64,000 nt of DNA, taken from assembly GCA_963666345.1 (NCBI GenBank), contig OY762721.1, positions 1-64,000 on the forward strand, given 5' to 3'. Below the pieces are notes generated by a model. The model ran no database searches, was not told the origin of the DNA, and was given only the letters and a program-made list of their open reading frames with translations. Of the stretch, positions 18,808 through 29,503 are shown in pieces (positions within the stretch are counted from its first letter, which is position 1; each line of letters begins with the position of its first letter). Both the position numbers and the translations under genes were made by a program. The stretch comes from Desulfatiglandales bacterium. Its GTDB lineage: Bacteria > Desulfobacterota > DSM-4660 > Desulfatiglandales > Desulfatiglandaceae.

Positions 18808-19575
18808 ATGAAAAACTTTAAATCGATAAAAAAACCGATTCTTTCCAAGGAAGTTGAGAAACAGCTTCGAAAGTCCATAAACGCAGGCGCATTCAAGCCT
18901 GGCGATAAGTTGCCTTCTGAACGAGAGCTGGTTGATCAATTTCAGGTAAGTCGAGTAACTATAAGAGACGCCTTGAAAAATCTTCAAAGCTTCGGGCTTA
19001 TATCAATAAGAAGGGGGCTTCATGCCGGTGCTTATGTATCGGAGCCTACCCCTCAGCCTATTACCCAGAGTTTTGAAAATCTTATCCAGATGGGAAAAGT
19101 AAATTTCGCCAATCTTATTGAGACACGACTCTACTTTGAACCAAACCTTTCAAGAAGTGCAGCTCTTCTACATACACGGGAGGATATCGAAAACCTTTGC
19201 CGTCTTCTTGACAGGGCAGAGGAAAAACTTTCCAAATCACGGAAAGAGGCCCGCCTGATAAACGTCCGCTTTCATTGTGAAGTGGCGAAGATTACCCGTA
19301 ACTATGTAAATCTTTTTATTTGTGACTCGATAACCCAGGTATTCAGCGCCCTTATCATAGAGATGACACAGAAAAGGCTTGATAAAGAGGCGATAAGAAA
19401 GCTTATCTCCGAACACCGGGAGATAAAAAATGCCATTGCGTCAGGAGATCCCTTAACGGCATTTGAGATGACAAAAAAACACCTCCTTGAGACATACTAC
19501 ACCTATTCCAAGATAATGCCCGAAGGTTATGACGAGAAAACCGACAGGCACATTAAATCCATTGCAGGCTTGTGA
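18808..19575 (+). CDS. GntR/FadR family transcriptional regulator
   Basis: PGDKLPSERELVDQFQVSRVTIRDAL wHTH plus FCD domain. Confidence 0.93.
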   Translation: MKNFKSIKKPILSKEVEKQLRKSINAGAFKPGDKLPSERELVDQFQVSRVTIRDALKNLQSFGLISIRRGLHAGAYVSEPTPQPITQSFENLIQMGKVNFANLIETRLYFEPNLSRSAALLHTREDIENLCRLLDRAEEKLSKSRKEARLINVRFHCEVAKITRNYVNLFICDSITQVFSALIIEMTQKRLDKEAIRKLISEHREIKNAIASGDPLTAFEMTKKHLLETYYTYSKIMPEGYDEKTDRHIKSIAGL

Positions 19576-19711
19576 AAGTATCTGCCGGATTACTGCTCGT
19601 TTTAGGGGAAAGGAACCATCATTTCAGCCTTCTCCTTTCGTTCCAACTAAGTCGGAGGCGAACCTTATTACTTTCAGTCCTTGGTCTTTTATTGCAGAAG
19701 GGAGAAAACAA

Positions 19712-20494
19712 ATGCCCTCCAACATTATCATGGATATGACATGGGAAGAATTCCGCGACAGGGTGGGACCGGACTCAGTGGTTGTGATCCCCATGGGATC
19801 GGTGGAGCTTGAGGGTCTTCATCTGCCCCTTGGAACCGACACTATTGTCGCGGAGGGGGTAGCGCAGCAGTTGACGGATGAAGAGGGAATTCTTCTGGCA
19901 CCTACTATTAATGTGGGGTATTCCAAGTGGTTCAAACCTTTCCCAGGCACCATTTCTTTTGAGCACGATACACTGACCAGGCTGCTTCTCGATTGTTGCC
20001 GTTGCCTTTTTGACCACGGAATCAGGCGGTTTGTCTTTTTGAATGCGCACAAGGGAAACAATGCCTGCGTGGAAGATATCGCAAGAAGCATGATAGCTGA
20101 AAAGCAGATAAAAATCGGCATGCTCAGTGTCTGGAAGCTCACAAATGACCTGATCCAGGGAAAAGGGTTGATAGATGAGGGAAAGTTTACCCATGCCGGG
20201 GAGATCATGACCTCTGTTGTAATGGCTCTCAGACCCGACACGGTCAGGACCGAAAAGGTGAGGGCCGACGGTGCGAAATCGCCTGATGGAAGTCTTTTTA
20301 AGATCAGAAATTCACTGGGCGACACAGATTTTATGGGTTCTGTACAGACGGTTTTCCGGGATATACGTCAGGTAACCGACACCGGTACTCTCGGGAATCC
20401 TCAATCGGCATCTGCTGAAAAGGGAAGAAAATTGCTTGAGATGATAGTCTCATATTCGAAGGCCTATCTGCAGGAGTTCAGAAAACTGGAGTAA
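19712..20494 (+). CDS. Creatininase/amidohydrolase family protein
   Basis: PMGSVE..GLHLPLGTD, PGTIS, NAHKGN, HAGE..TS, ASAEKG motifs; start at ATG 19712 after a GGGAGA RBS. Confidence 0.85.
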   Translation: MPSNIIMDMTWEEFRDRVGPDSVVVIPMGSVELEGLHLPLGTDTIVAEGVAQQLTDEEGILLAPTINVGYSKWFKPFPGTISFEHDTLTRLLLDCCRCLFDHGIRRFVFLNAHKGNNACVEDIARSMIAEKQIKIGMLSVWKLTNDLIQGKGLIDEGKFTHAGEIMTSVVMALRPDTVRTEKVRADGAKSPDGSLFKIRNSLGDTDFMGSVQTVFRDIRQVTDTGTLGNPQSASAEKGRKLLEMIVSYSKAYLQEFRKLE

Positions 20495-20508
20495 GCAAGG
20501 GGTCAATT

Positions 20509-21897
20509 ATGTCTGAGAAAAAAGGCAGTGAAAAAGGTATTGAACAGGGACTTGTTGAAAATATCTATTCGACCGGCTTTGATGATCTTGAAAAGAATGT
20601 GGTGGATTACTGTAAACGGTTGATCATCGATTCACTCGGTGTCACATTTCCAGGGATAAATGCCCCCGGTTGCAGAAATGTTATAGATATTGTGACTCTG
20701 TGGGGATGCAATTCAGGTTCTTCTCTTCTTATACTTGGGGAAAAAGTCCCTCCACCGATGGCTGCCCTTGCAAACAGCACAATGATGCACGCGGTTGATT
20801 TTGATGACACCCTGGATGAGACCGCCCTTCACACCTTCGTTAGTGTGCTTCCGGCCTCGCTTTCAATTTCCGAGGCAATAGGGGGTGTTGATGGCAAGAG
20901 GCTGCTTACAGCGATTGTACTGGGAGTGGATGTTATCTGCAGGGTGAGCCTTGCGATTCGCAGGCCTCTTTCCTGGATACGTTCTTCTACCTGTGGATCC
21001 TTCGGGGCTGCAACGGCTGCCGGAAAACTCATGAATCTTGACAGAAATGGTCTTACCAACGTGCTTGGGATAGTCTACAGTCAGACATCGGGAAACTGTC
21101 AGGGACTGCTGGAGGGGAGACTTATCAAGAGGATGCAGCCGGGTTTTGCTTCCCAGGCGGGCGTAATGTCGGCCTTTCTGGCAAAGGGGGGCATTACAGG
21201 CAGTCATGACTTCCTCGAAGGCCCCTATGGCTACTATAATCTCTATGAACATGGTAAATATGATTACATGCCGGTGATTGAAAGACTGGGCGAGCATTTC
21301 GGTATAAGCGATTTGAGCATAAAACCTTATCCCTGCTGTAGAATGACCCATTCATCCATTGACGCGGCCCTCAAACTGAGAGAATTCGTAAAGGAGAAAG
21401 AAGAAAAAATAGATTCCGTCAATGTCAGTGCCTCCAAAATGGTAACTGAGATGGTTGGAAAACCTTTTGTCATGGGTACCGATCCGCAGGTAGACGCCCA
21501 GTTCAGCATCCCCTATACGGTGAGCTCCGCACTTTTGAGAGGTGACGTTTTCCTGGGAGATTTTGAGAAAGAGGCCATAATGGACAACAAGGCTCGCTCT
21601 CTTGCTGAAAAGGTATTTGTGAGGGAAGACAGTTCCCTGCCTGCCAAAGACATACTTCATGTGAACATGGAAGTCAGTATGAAGGATGGAACAAAATTTG
21701 ATGCCAGAATCAAGGCGCCTCTTGGAAATCCCCTTAATCCTTTATCTATGGATCAGTGCCGGGAAAAGTTCAGAAAGTGTCTTGAATACAGCGGCATAAA
21801 GATCGGAAGTGATAGGGTCAACCAACTCCTGGATATGATTGATAATCTGGAAAAGGTAAAGGATGTAGGTATTATCACGGAGTTAATGAAACAGTGA
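20509..21897 (+). CDS. MmgE/PrpD family protein
   Basis: AALAN.TMMHAVDFDDT, KPYPCCRMTH and AQFSIPY motifs. Confidence 0.9.
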   Translation: MSEKKGSEKGIEQGLVENIYSTGFDDLEKNVVDYCKRLIIDSLGVTFPGINAPGCRNVIDIVTLWGCNSGSSLLILGEKVPPPMAALANSTMMHAVDFDDTLDETALHTFVSVLPASLSISEAIGGVDGKRLLTAIVLGVDVICRVSLAIRRPLSWIRSSTCGSFGAATAAGKLMNLDRNGLTNVLGIVYSQTSGNCQGLLEGRLIKRMQPGFASQAGVMSAFLAKGGITGSHDFLEGPYGYYNLYEHGKYDYMPVIERLGEHFGISDLSIKPYPCCRMTHSSIDAALKLREFVKEKEEKIDSVNVSASKMVTEMVGKPFVMGTDPQVDAQFSIPYTVSSALLRGDVFLGDFEKEAIMDNKARSLAEKVFVREDSSLPAKDILHVNMEVSMKDGTKFDARIKAPLGNPLNPLSMDQCREKFRKCLEYSGIKIGSDRVNQLLDMIDNLEKVKDVGIITELMKQ

Positions 21898-23321
21898 GGG
21901 CTATTTCAATGGGATTTGATTTAAAAAAGGTTGTTAGGGATCTGAAGAAAAAGTTCGGAGATGAAAATGTATTCTCCGATAAACCTACTTCGATTGTGTA
22001 TGCAAAGGATGTTATGCCCTATGATGTGGAAGATCATAACATTCCATATGCGGTAGTCAGGCCTGGCGATTCCAAGGATGTTTCTGCTCTTCTAAGATAT
22101 GCAAACGAAATGGAAATCCCGGTTCATATTCATGGTTCAGGCACTTCTCTGGTAGGGCTTACCAGGCCCAAGACCAACTGCCTGATTCTGGATACTGCAA
22201 GGATGAATTCTATCGAAGTCTTTCCAGAAAGGGGATATTTTGAGGCGGGCCCGGGTATACATCTTGCCAAGGCCAGAAAGATCCTGGCACCTTTTAATGC
22301 AATGCTACCGGTGTTTCCTGGAAGTGAACTGGTTGCGACTCTTGGGGGGGCTGTAGCCGTAAACACGAGTGCCCATGCAGTTGATTCCGCACTCGGAAAA
22401 CCGGGCGACTTCGTGCTGGGCCTAGAGGCTGTGATGCCTACAGGGGAAATACTCAATACAGGCACGGAATCGGTAAGGAGGCCCGCTGGAATAGAAGCGA
22501 CCAAGTTTCTGGTTGGCTCCGAAGGGTTGCTTTGCGTTCTTACCTCTATCAGGATGAGGCTTGTGCCGATGCCTTTTTTCGAAAATATCGTCGCCTATTA
22601 CAGCAGCACCGAAGATATCCTGGATACCGTGATGGAGATGTACAGACGGGGGATTTCTCCCCCGCTTTTTTATGAATATCTGGATGAAAAGGCGGCCAAG
22701 ATAGGTTTTGAAGCGGTCGGTCTGGAAGAACCGGAAGGCGCGGTTGCCATGATGAGTGTTCATGCCGCTACTGAAAAGGGGTGTGAGGACAAGGCGAGTA
22801 ATTTCCTGGAATTTCTTAAGACCGGCAACCCTGTTGAGGCAAAACTGGTAAGAGACAAGGCTGAATGGGACAAGATTTGGGCCAGCAGGGCTGAGGCTGG
22901 CAACTACATCTACAGACTGGGCACCACGTTCGGAAGCGAGATCACTCCAAGGGTGGATCTTCTGAAAGAGGCATTCACAGAGGCAAAGGAGATAATTGCA
23001 GGTGTAAACAGCCTCAAGGACCCTCAGTTTTATTCTTTTGGCCACATAGGAGCCCCTACCATACATGCATACGCATTTTATCCCACAAAAGAGATAGACG
23101 ATGAAACCAAAAAGGAGCTTGTGAAGGAGGTAAGGGAAAAGACTGAAGATCTTAACCGCAGGCTTGGAGGTTGCGGGGGGGAATGGGGACTTACCGCTCA
23201 GAGGGCATCGTTTCTGAAGAAAAAATATGGCAGCGATTACTATAATTTTCTAAAGGCCCTCAAAAGGTCGGTGGATCCGAAGAACATACTTAACAGGGGC
23301 AACCTGGAGGGCTGGGTTTGA
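21894..23321 (+). CDS. FAD-binding oxidoreductase, GlcD/D-2-hydroxyacid dehydrogenase-like
   Basis: GSGTSLVG, ATLGGAVAVN, VGSEGLL and DPKNILN motifs. Confidence 0.85.
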   Translation: MRAISMGFDLKKVVRDLKKKFGDENVFSDKPTSIVYAKDVMPYDVEDHNIPYAVVRPGDSKDVSALLRYANEMEIPVHIHGSGTSLVGLTRPKTNCLILDTARMNSIEVFPERGYFEAGPGIHLAKARKILAPFNAMLPVFPGSELVATLGGAVAVNTSAHAVDSALGKPGDFVLGLEAVMPTGEILNTGTESVRRPAGIEATKFLVGSEGLLCVLTSIRMRLVPMPFFENIVAYYSSTEDILDTVMEMYRRGISPPLFYEYLDEKAAKIGFEAVGLEEPEGAVAMMSVHAATEKGCEDKASNFLEFLKTGNPVEAKLVRDKAEWDKIWASRAEAGNYIYRLGTTFGSEITPRVDLLKEAFTEAKEIIAGVNSLKDPQFYSFGHIGAPTIHAYAFYPTKEIDDETKKELVKEVREKTEDLNRRLGGCGGEWGLTAQRASFLKKKYGSDYYNFLKALKRSVDPKNILNRGNLEGWV

Positions 23322-23638
23322 AAGAAGAGACCGCATTGAAACAGATTATCCTGCGGGAGATCGCCAAGTGCAGGACCTGTAGATTCTGCGTTGATGTATG
23401 TCCGACCTATCAGGTATCAAACGGAGTTGAAACATTTTCCGCCTATGGAAGACTGCAAACCCTGAAATACCTTCTGACCGGAATGCTGAGCCTGGACGAT
23501 GCCCTTGTTTATTCATTATACAGCTGCCTTGAATGCAGGAGATGTGAAAGGGTTTGCAAGAGCAAGGGACAGGATATAGAGATATGCAAGATAATGGAAA
23601 TGGGCAGAAATCTTATAACCGGAAAACTCACTTATTAG
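23318..23638 (+). CDS. 2x[4Fe-4S] dicluster protein (GlcF N-terminal-like)
   Basis: CRTCRFCVDVCP and CLECRRCERVC. Confidence 0.85.
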   Translation: MKEETALKQIILREIAKCRTCRFCVDVCPTYQVSNGVETFSAYGRLQTLKYLLTGMLSLDDALVYSLYSCLECRRCERVCKSKGQDIEICKIMEMGRNLITGKLTY

Positions 23639-23644
23639 GAAAAA

Positions 23645-24640
23645 ATGGAAAGATCAAAGAACCTGATTTCTCAAAGCCTCGAGTCTCTCAAAAACAATAT
23701 GAAACGAAGCGGTGATCCCCTGGGGTTCAAAAGGCCGTACTGGACAGACTGGACTGAAGGCCTTTCGGTCCCGAAAGAGGGGAAGACCCAGTTTCTGACA
23801 GCAAGGATGTATCAGATGCTTCCCTTTGTCATCAAGACAACAGAGATGGCCTATATGGCCCGTCCTTTTCTTTCAAGAAAGGGCCTGGGAAAGGTGATGG
23901 ACAAGGGTAACCGTTTCCTGGGAGAGAGGGTGATCCGGTATATGGCACGTGATTGCGATGACATGAGGAAAAGAGGTGTAAATGTACTGAGGGGGATCTA
24001 CCTTACCCTGCGTTCCGCGGGAGTGAATCCGGGCTATCTCTATGAATCAGAGCCCTACAGCGGAATACTTCTGCATGACTTGGGCCTGGAAGAGGCATGC
24101 GTGCCGCATATGAAAAAACTCGATGATCTTTTCAAGTCCAGGGGTGTGGAAGAGCTCATAACGGTTGATCCTCATACCACCCGGATGTTCAAGGAGGTAT
24201 TCCCCCGATACATAGATTCCTTTCAGGTGAAAGTTCGTCATTACCTTGAGGTCCTTGCAGAGAAGGCTGAACAGATGGTCTTTGACAAAAAAAAGGAACT
24301 GCCACAAAAAATGGTGATACATGACTCATGCGTTATGACCAGGACCCTCGGTATTTTTGAACAGGCAAGGGTAATTGCCGATAAGGCGGATATCACTCTT
24401 ATAGAACCTGAAAATACGGGATTCGATACCGCCTGCTGCGGAGGACCTGTCGAATACGCCTTCCCGGAAATAAGCAAGGACATATCTGGAAGACGGGTAG
24501 CGGAGCTTGCCCCGATCTGCAGGGACATACTGGTCATGTGCCCTATATGCCTCATTAATCTGGCAAAACATGAACTCGCCGAATCAGTCAGAGTATGGGA
24601 TATGGGTGAAATCCTGAACGGATTTTTTGATCCCCTATAG
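23645..24640 (+). CDS. CCG-domain Fe-S protein (GlcF C-terminal/HdrB-like)
   Basis: HDSC, ACCGG and MCPIC motifs. Confidence 0.8.
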   Translation: MERSKNLISQSLESLKNNMKRSGDPLGFKRPYWTDWTEGLSVPKEGKTQFLTARMYQMLPFVIKTTEMAYMARPFLSRKGLGKVMDKGNRFLGERVIRYMARDCDDMRKRGVNVLRGIYLTLRSAGVNPGYLYESEPYSGILLHDLGLEEACVPHMKKLDDLFKSRGVEELITVDPHTTRMFKEVFPRYIDSFQVKVRHYLEVLAEKAEQMVFDKKKELPQKMVIHDSCVMTRTLGIFEQARVIADKADITLIEPENTGFDTACCGGPVEYAFPEISKDISGRRVAELAPICRDILVMCPICLINLAKHELAESVRVWDMGEILNGFFDPL

Positions 24641-24791
24641 GTAAAAGTAAGTTTTAAAGCAACTTGAGTATAAGTAATGAACCGACTCATAAGCGGTTTA
24701 ATATGCGAATTCTCTCTCATGATCCCAATAGTCATGTATCTCTCATGAAAAGATGGTAGATACTGCAGGAGTATACGGATAGAATATAGAT

Positions 24792-26069
24792 ATGCGAACT
24801 GTTAGTGCTGAGGAAATAGTCGATATCATAGGTCCTAATGCTAAGATAGGTCTGGGTAACGCATGTGCTGAGCCCCAAACACTTATTGAAAGCATCCTTG
24901 ATAAGAGGGCGTGCTTCAAGCAGCTTGAGATATACGGAATGATTCACTACTGGACAAAGCGCCTGGAGGAATCGAATCAGGGTTGCAGGATAAAACTTAG
25001 ACTTTTCATGCTTGATAAGTACAGTTCTGCCGGAGTCAAAAAGGGGTATGCAGATTACATCCCGTGCCGTTACTCAAAGATCCCGTCTCTTTTTCTCGAG
25101 GGGACAATAAAACTAGATGCAGCCCTTATCTCCGTATCGCCGCCTGACCGTAGAGGTCGATGCAGCTTCGGGGTGTCAAATGATTTTACTCAGGCCATGG
25201 CCAAAACCGCTGAAAAGACAATCGCGGAGGTCAACCCCAGGATGCCGGTCGTCGGGGGAGACTCATGGATAGACATCAGTGATATAGATTATATGGTTGA
25301 AAGCGATCGCCAGCTTCCACAGGTGCCTGCCCCCGAGTTGGGCGATATTGACAGAAAGATCGGGGGATATGTAAGCGAACTGGTGGAAGACCGCGCGACC
25401 GTGCAGGTAGGGATAGGGCGTTTGAGCGAAGCAGCGCTTGCCTCCCTGTCAGGCAAGAAAGGGCTCGGCGTGCATTCAGGCCTGTTGCCTGAGGGAATTG
25501 TCGATCTTGTAGAAAATGGGGCTATAGATAACAGCTGGAAGGGTCTCAAAGAGGGCAGGATAGTAACAACTACCATAATCGGAACAGATAGGCTTTATGA
25601 TTTTGTTAATAACAACAAGGAAGTTGAGTCATATCCCTCCAACTACACCCACAATGAGATGACGATAGCAAGGGTCAACAGGCTTCATTCCATAAACAGT
25701 GCGGTGCAGGTTGATTTCACAGGGCAGATAAACGCCGAGACTATCGGCGGAGCTCAGGTGAGCGGAGTAGGGGGGCAGAGCGATTTTGTATGTGGTGCAG
25801 CGCTTTCAAAAGGGGGGAAATCGATAGTATTAATCACCTCTACTGCAAAAAGAGGTGAAGAGTCGCGGATCGTTCCCTTCCTTGATGGTGGTTCCGCGGT
25901 TACCAGCCTGAGACACGATATCGACTATGTGATAAGTGAATACGGTATAGCTGAACTGAGAGGTAAAACCATGCGTGAGCGTGCCGGAGCGCTGATTGCT
26001 ATTGCCCATCCCGATTTCCAAGAACGGCTCGAGAAAGACAAACACAGCCTCTTTTCATCCTGCTTTTGA
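24792..26069 (+). CDS. Acetyl-CoA hydrolase/transferase family (4-hydroxybutyrate CoA-transferase-like)
   Basis: VQVGIG, SGVGGQSDF and EYGIAELRGK motifs. Confidence 0.88.
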   Translation: MRTVSAEEIVDIIGPNAKIGLGNACAEPQTLIESILDKRACFKQLEIYGMIHYWTKRLEESNQGCRIKLRLFMLDKYSSAGVKKGYADYIPCRYSKIPSLFLEGTIKLDAALISVSPPDRRGRCSFGVSNDFTQAMAKTAEKTIAEVNPRMPVVGGDSWIDISDIDYMVESDRQLPQVPAPELGDIDRKIGGYVSELVEDRATVQVGIGRLSEAALASLSGKKGLGVHSGLLPEGIVDLVENGAIDNSWKGLKEGRIVTTTIIGTDRLYDFVNNNKEVESYPSNYTHNEMTIARVNRLHSINSAVQVDFTGQINAETIGGAQVSGVGGQSDFVCGAALSKGGKSIVLITSTAKRGEESRIVPFLDGGSAVTSLRHDIDYVISEYGIAELRGKTMRERAGALIAIAHPDFQERLEKDKHSLFSSCF

Positions 26070-26281
26070 AATACTGCTTTCCCCGCTTTTATCATGAAAC
26101 GGCTTGAATGATTTTTGTTGACAAAAAAATATTATATGATTAAAAATATGATCAAATATCTGATTAAAAAAGCTTCAGAAGTTAAGATTTAAATTTCGCC
26201 GGGTCTTGAGAAGATTAAGCTTTTATGGGTTTTCTTTTCATTCATCCCAACCTTGTTGGCTTACCGCGATAACTATTTAAT

Positions 26282-26974
26282 ATGACAAAAATAAAGAATA
26301 ATAATGCAGCATCTGGAAGAAAAAAGGGGAAGACGGTTGAAGATGTTTTCAATGAGATAAAGTTGATGCTTTATTACAACAATATTGTACCAGGGCAAAA
26401 ACTTATTTATCAGGACCTTGCGCTTCAACTTAATACGAGTACCACACCTGTAATACAGGCCCTGAAAGGATTAAGACAATCAAACCTTGTCCGGTATATC
26501 CCGAACAGGGGGTATTTTGTCGCTGAAATAACAGACACTGAGGCTAATGAACTTTTCGAGGCACGTGAGGCACTTGAATTATATGTGGTTCCGCAAATAA
26601 TAGGAAATCTTACTGAGAGGGAAATCAAGGCTCTTTGGTCTGCCTATAGGGAATATAGAAAGACTGGTATACCCAAGAACAGAAAAAAGAGAATGCAGAG
26701 TGATACGGACTTCCACCTTCGCATTGTCAAGTGTGGCGGGAACAAGGTAATCAGCGACATCCTGGCGGGTGTTTATGAGCAACTATACATCAAATACAGG
26801 CCGGAATATCTTAACGAAGAGAGAATGGCAGAGGCCGAATTGGAACATGCGGCCGTATTGACGGCAATGGAAGCAAGAGACACTAATAAGGTGAGGAAAA
26901 TATTGAAAAAGCATATCAGGCATGGAAAGAAACATATCCTTCAAAATTTAAAGCCATATCATTACAACCTGTAA
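26282..26974 (+). CDS. GntR family regulator (FCD)
   Basis: PGQKL, STTPVIQAL, PNRGYFV, DFH...EH; upstream TTGACA-N17-TAAAAA at 26118-26146. Confidence 0.9.
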   Translation: MTKIKNNNAASGRKKGKTVEDVFNEIKLMLYYNNIVPGQKLIYQDLALQLNTSTTPVIQALKGLRQSNLVRYIPNRGYFVAEITDTEANELFEAREALELYVVPQIIGNLTEREIKALWSAYREYRKTGIPKNRKKRMQSDTDFHLRIVKCGGNKVISDILAGVYEQLYIKYRPEYLNEERMAEAELEHAAVLTAMEARDTNKVRKILKKHIRHGKKHILQNLKPYHYNL

Positions 26975-27044
26975 GCCGGAATTAGGTGTGTGCATAAGTG
27001 GAGAAAAAAAGTTTCTAATCGTTCGCTGCTATTGGAGGTAGTTG

Positions 27045-28226
27045 ATGGATTTTGAGCTTAATGAGGTCCAGAAGCTTATGTCTGAAACCGCAGAAAGGTT
27101 CGGAGGTAAAGATGTCAGGCCATGGCTTGAACAGGGAGGGGACCTAAGGGCTATGGTCAGGAAAATGGGCGAGGTGGGCCTTTTCGGTTGCGCTTTCCCG
27201 GAGTTGTACGGAGGAAGCAGGGCCGGGTTTGTGGCCCATTCAGTGGTATGCGAAAAGATATCAACTGTTGACTCCGGTCTCAGGTCGCTTTTCAATCTTC
27301 AAGGTATGACCGTCCCTTACACGATCATGGAGTGGGGGGGGGAAGAGGTAAGGGATAAATATGTAAGCTCTCTTGTCACGGGTGAAAAGATAGGATGCAC
27401 CTGCTTTTCGGAGGCCAATGCCGGTTCGGATCTTGCGGCCATGGAAACAAAAATAGAGGACAAGGGTGATCACTACCTGATAAACGGGAGCAAGACATGG
27501 ATATCTAACGGCACCATCGCAGATTATGCCGTTGTCTACGGAACCTTTGACCGTTCTCTAAAGTCAAAGGGCATATGCAGCGTAGTTGTAGAGACGAACC
27601 AGCAGGGATGGCAGGCAAAGGAGATAGATAAACTGGGAGACAAAAATTCTCCTATCGCCGAAATATTTCTTGACGATGTGAAGGCACCCAAGGAAAACCT
27701 GCTGGGAGAATGGGGAGGCGGATTCAAGGTGGCGATGACAGCGCTTGATCGCGGAAGGATAAGCGTTGCAAGCGGTGCTCTCGGCGTTGCACAGGCGTGT
27801 TTTGACGCCTCAGTCAGATATGCTAATGAGAGAGAACAGTTCGGAAAACCGATAGGGAAATTCCAGATGGTCAAGGCCCTGATAGCGGAAATGGCAGCTA
27901 ACATAGAGGCGGCCCGGTTTCTGATAAGAAGAGCGGCATGGCGAAATGACAATGACCTTCCATTTTCAAGAGAAATTGCAATAGCCAAGTATTTCGCGGG
28001 CGAGACCGCAGTAAAATGTGCCGGCCAGGCAATGGAGATTCACGGCGGAATGGGTTACTCCCTTGAGATGCCTGTCGAGAAATACTACAGGGATTCAAAA
28101 CTCTATCAGGTAGGTGAAGGCACGGTCAATATAATGCGCCTTATTATCGCGGACGACGCGTTGGGGTACAAAAAGGCAAACAGACCCAGACTCAAGGTAC
28201 CAAGCCAGTTTTGGGACATGGAATAG
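27045..28226 (+). CDS. Acyl-CoA dehydrogenase, glutaryl-CoA dehydrogenase (non-decarboxylating)-like
   Basis: SEANAGSD, GSKTWISN, QFGKPI, GEGT; SGLRSLFN and DALGYKKANR motifs. Confidence 0.85.
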   Translation: MDFELNEVQKLMSETAERFGGKDVRPWLEQGGDLRAMVRKMGEVGLFGCAFPELYGGSRAGFVAHSVVCEKISTVDSGLRSLFNLQGMTVPYTIMEWGGEEVRDKYVSSLVTGEKIGCTCFSEANAGSDLAAMETKIEDKGDHYLINGSKTWISNGTIADYAVVYGTFDRSLKSKGICSVVVETNQQGWQAKEIDKLGDKNSPIAEIFLDDVKAPKENLLGEWGGGFKVAMTALDRGRISVASGALGVAQACFDASVRYANEREQFGKPIGKFQMVKALIAEMAANIEAARFLIRRAAWRNDNDLPFSREIAIAKYFAGETAVKCAGQAMEIHGGMGYSLEMPVEKYYRDSKLYQVGEGTVNIMRLIIADDALGYKKANRPRLKVPSQFWDME

Positions 28227-28292
28227 GGGTCGGCGGTTTGAAATAAGACGGACAGTCACACTACCTTTAGTTAATGAGGACAGGAGAAAAAT

Positions 28293-29486
28293 ATGCCGGG
28301 CCCATTAGATGGAATTAGAGTCCTTGATCTTTCCAGAATTGTGGTAGGTCCTTATTGTACAATGATTCTGGGAGACATGGGTGCTGATGTAATCAAGGTG
28401 GAGCTGCCTGAGATCGGGGATGAAACAAGGATGTGGGGTCCTCCGTTCGCGGGAGGAGAGAGTGCCTACTTCATCTCGCTTAACAGGAACAAAAGAAGCC
28501 TGACTCTTAATATCAAAAAGGAGCATGGCAGGGAAATCCTCAGGAAGCTCTTGGCTCAATCAGACGTGCTTGTTGAAAATTACAGAATGGGCACTCTTGA
28601 TAAAATGGGATTCGGGTACGATGAGGTGGGCACGATTAATCCCGGAATCATTTACTGCAGTATAACTGGTTATGGAAGATCGGGTCCGCTCAGCGGAGAG
28701 GCTGGTGTGGATATAGTAGTTGCGGCGGAGGCGGGGCTTATAGGCATAACAGGGCCGAAGGATGGAGCGCCCGCCAAGGTGGGTGTCGCGATTACGGATA
28801 TCCTGACAGCGCTGTTTGCGCAGGGTGCCATATCAAACGCGCTATACCACAGGGAGAAGACGGGAAAGGGTCAGAGAGTCGACCTTTCTCTTTTCGAGTC
28901 GCAGGTGGCCACCCTTTTCAACATGTCCTCAAATTATCTCATCTCAGGACAGATTCCAAAAAGATGGGGGCTTTCCCACGCAAGCATAGTGCCCTACCGG
29001 GGCTTCAAGACAAAAGATCAGGAGTATATGCTCGTTGCAGTGACAAGTGAGAAGATGTGGGAAAAATTTTGCGATGTTATTAAAAGAAAAGACCTTTTTG
29101 ATGACCCAAGGTATGACGTAAACGAGAAAAGGGTTATAAACCGAGAAGAGTTGATCCCGTTGCTTGAAAAGATCCTTGCCGAGAAGACCTCGGACGAATG
29201 GGTGCATAAGTTCAAGGAAGTGGGTATCCCGTGCGGCAGGGTCAATACCATGGACAAGGTTTTCAGCCATCCTCAGATCGGGCCGAGAGAAATGGTGGTC
29301 GAGATAGATCATCCCACGGCCGGTAAGATCAAGGTGGTCGGAATTCCGGTGAAATATTCGGAAACCAGAGGGTCCATTCGGCTTCCCCCTCCGCTTCTTG
29401 GTCAGCATACCGATGAGGTGCTTTCCGGCCTCCTAGGCTACTCTCAAGAGGAGATAAACGCCCTTAGACAGAAGAAGGTATTGTAG
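28293..29486 (+). CDS. CaiB/BaiF family III CoA transferase
   Basis: LDGIRVLDLS, GADVIKVE, NRNKRS and PPLLGQHT motifs. Confidence 0.93.
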   Translation: MPGPLDGIRVLDLSRIVVGPYCTMILGDMGADVIKVELPEIGDETRMWGPPFAGGESAYFISLNRNKRSLTLNIKKEHGREILRKLLAQSDVLVENYRMGTLDKMGFGYDEVGTINPGIIYCSITGYGRSGPLSGEAGVDIVVAAEAGLIGITGPKDGAPAKVGVAITDILTALFAQGAISNALYHREKTGKGQRVDLSLFESQVATLFNMSSNYLISGQIPKRWGLSHASIVPYRGFKTKDQEYMLVAVTSEKMWEKFCDVIKRKDLFDDPRYDVNEKRVINREELIPLLEKILAEKTSDEWVHKFKEVGIPCGRVNTMDKVFSHPQIGPREMVVEIDHPTAGKIKVVGIPVKYSETRGSIRLPPPLLGQHTDEVLSGLLGYSQEEINALRQKKVL

Positions 29487-29503
29487 GAAAAGGCGGGTCA
29501 GAT

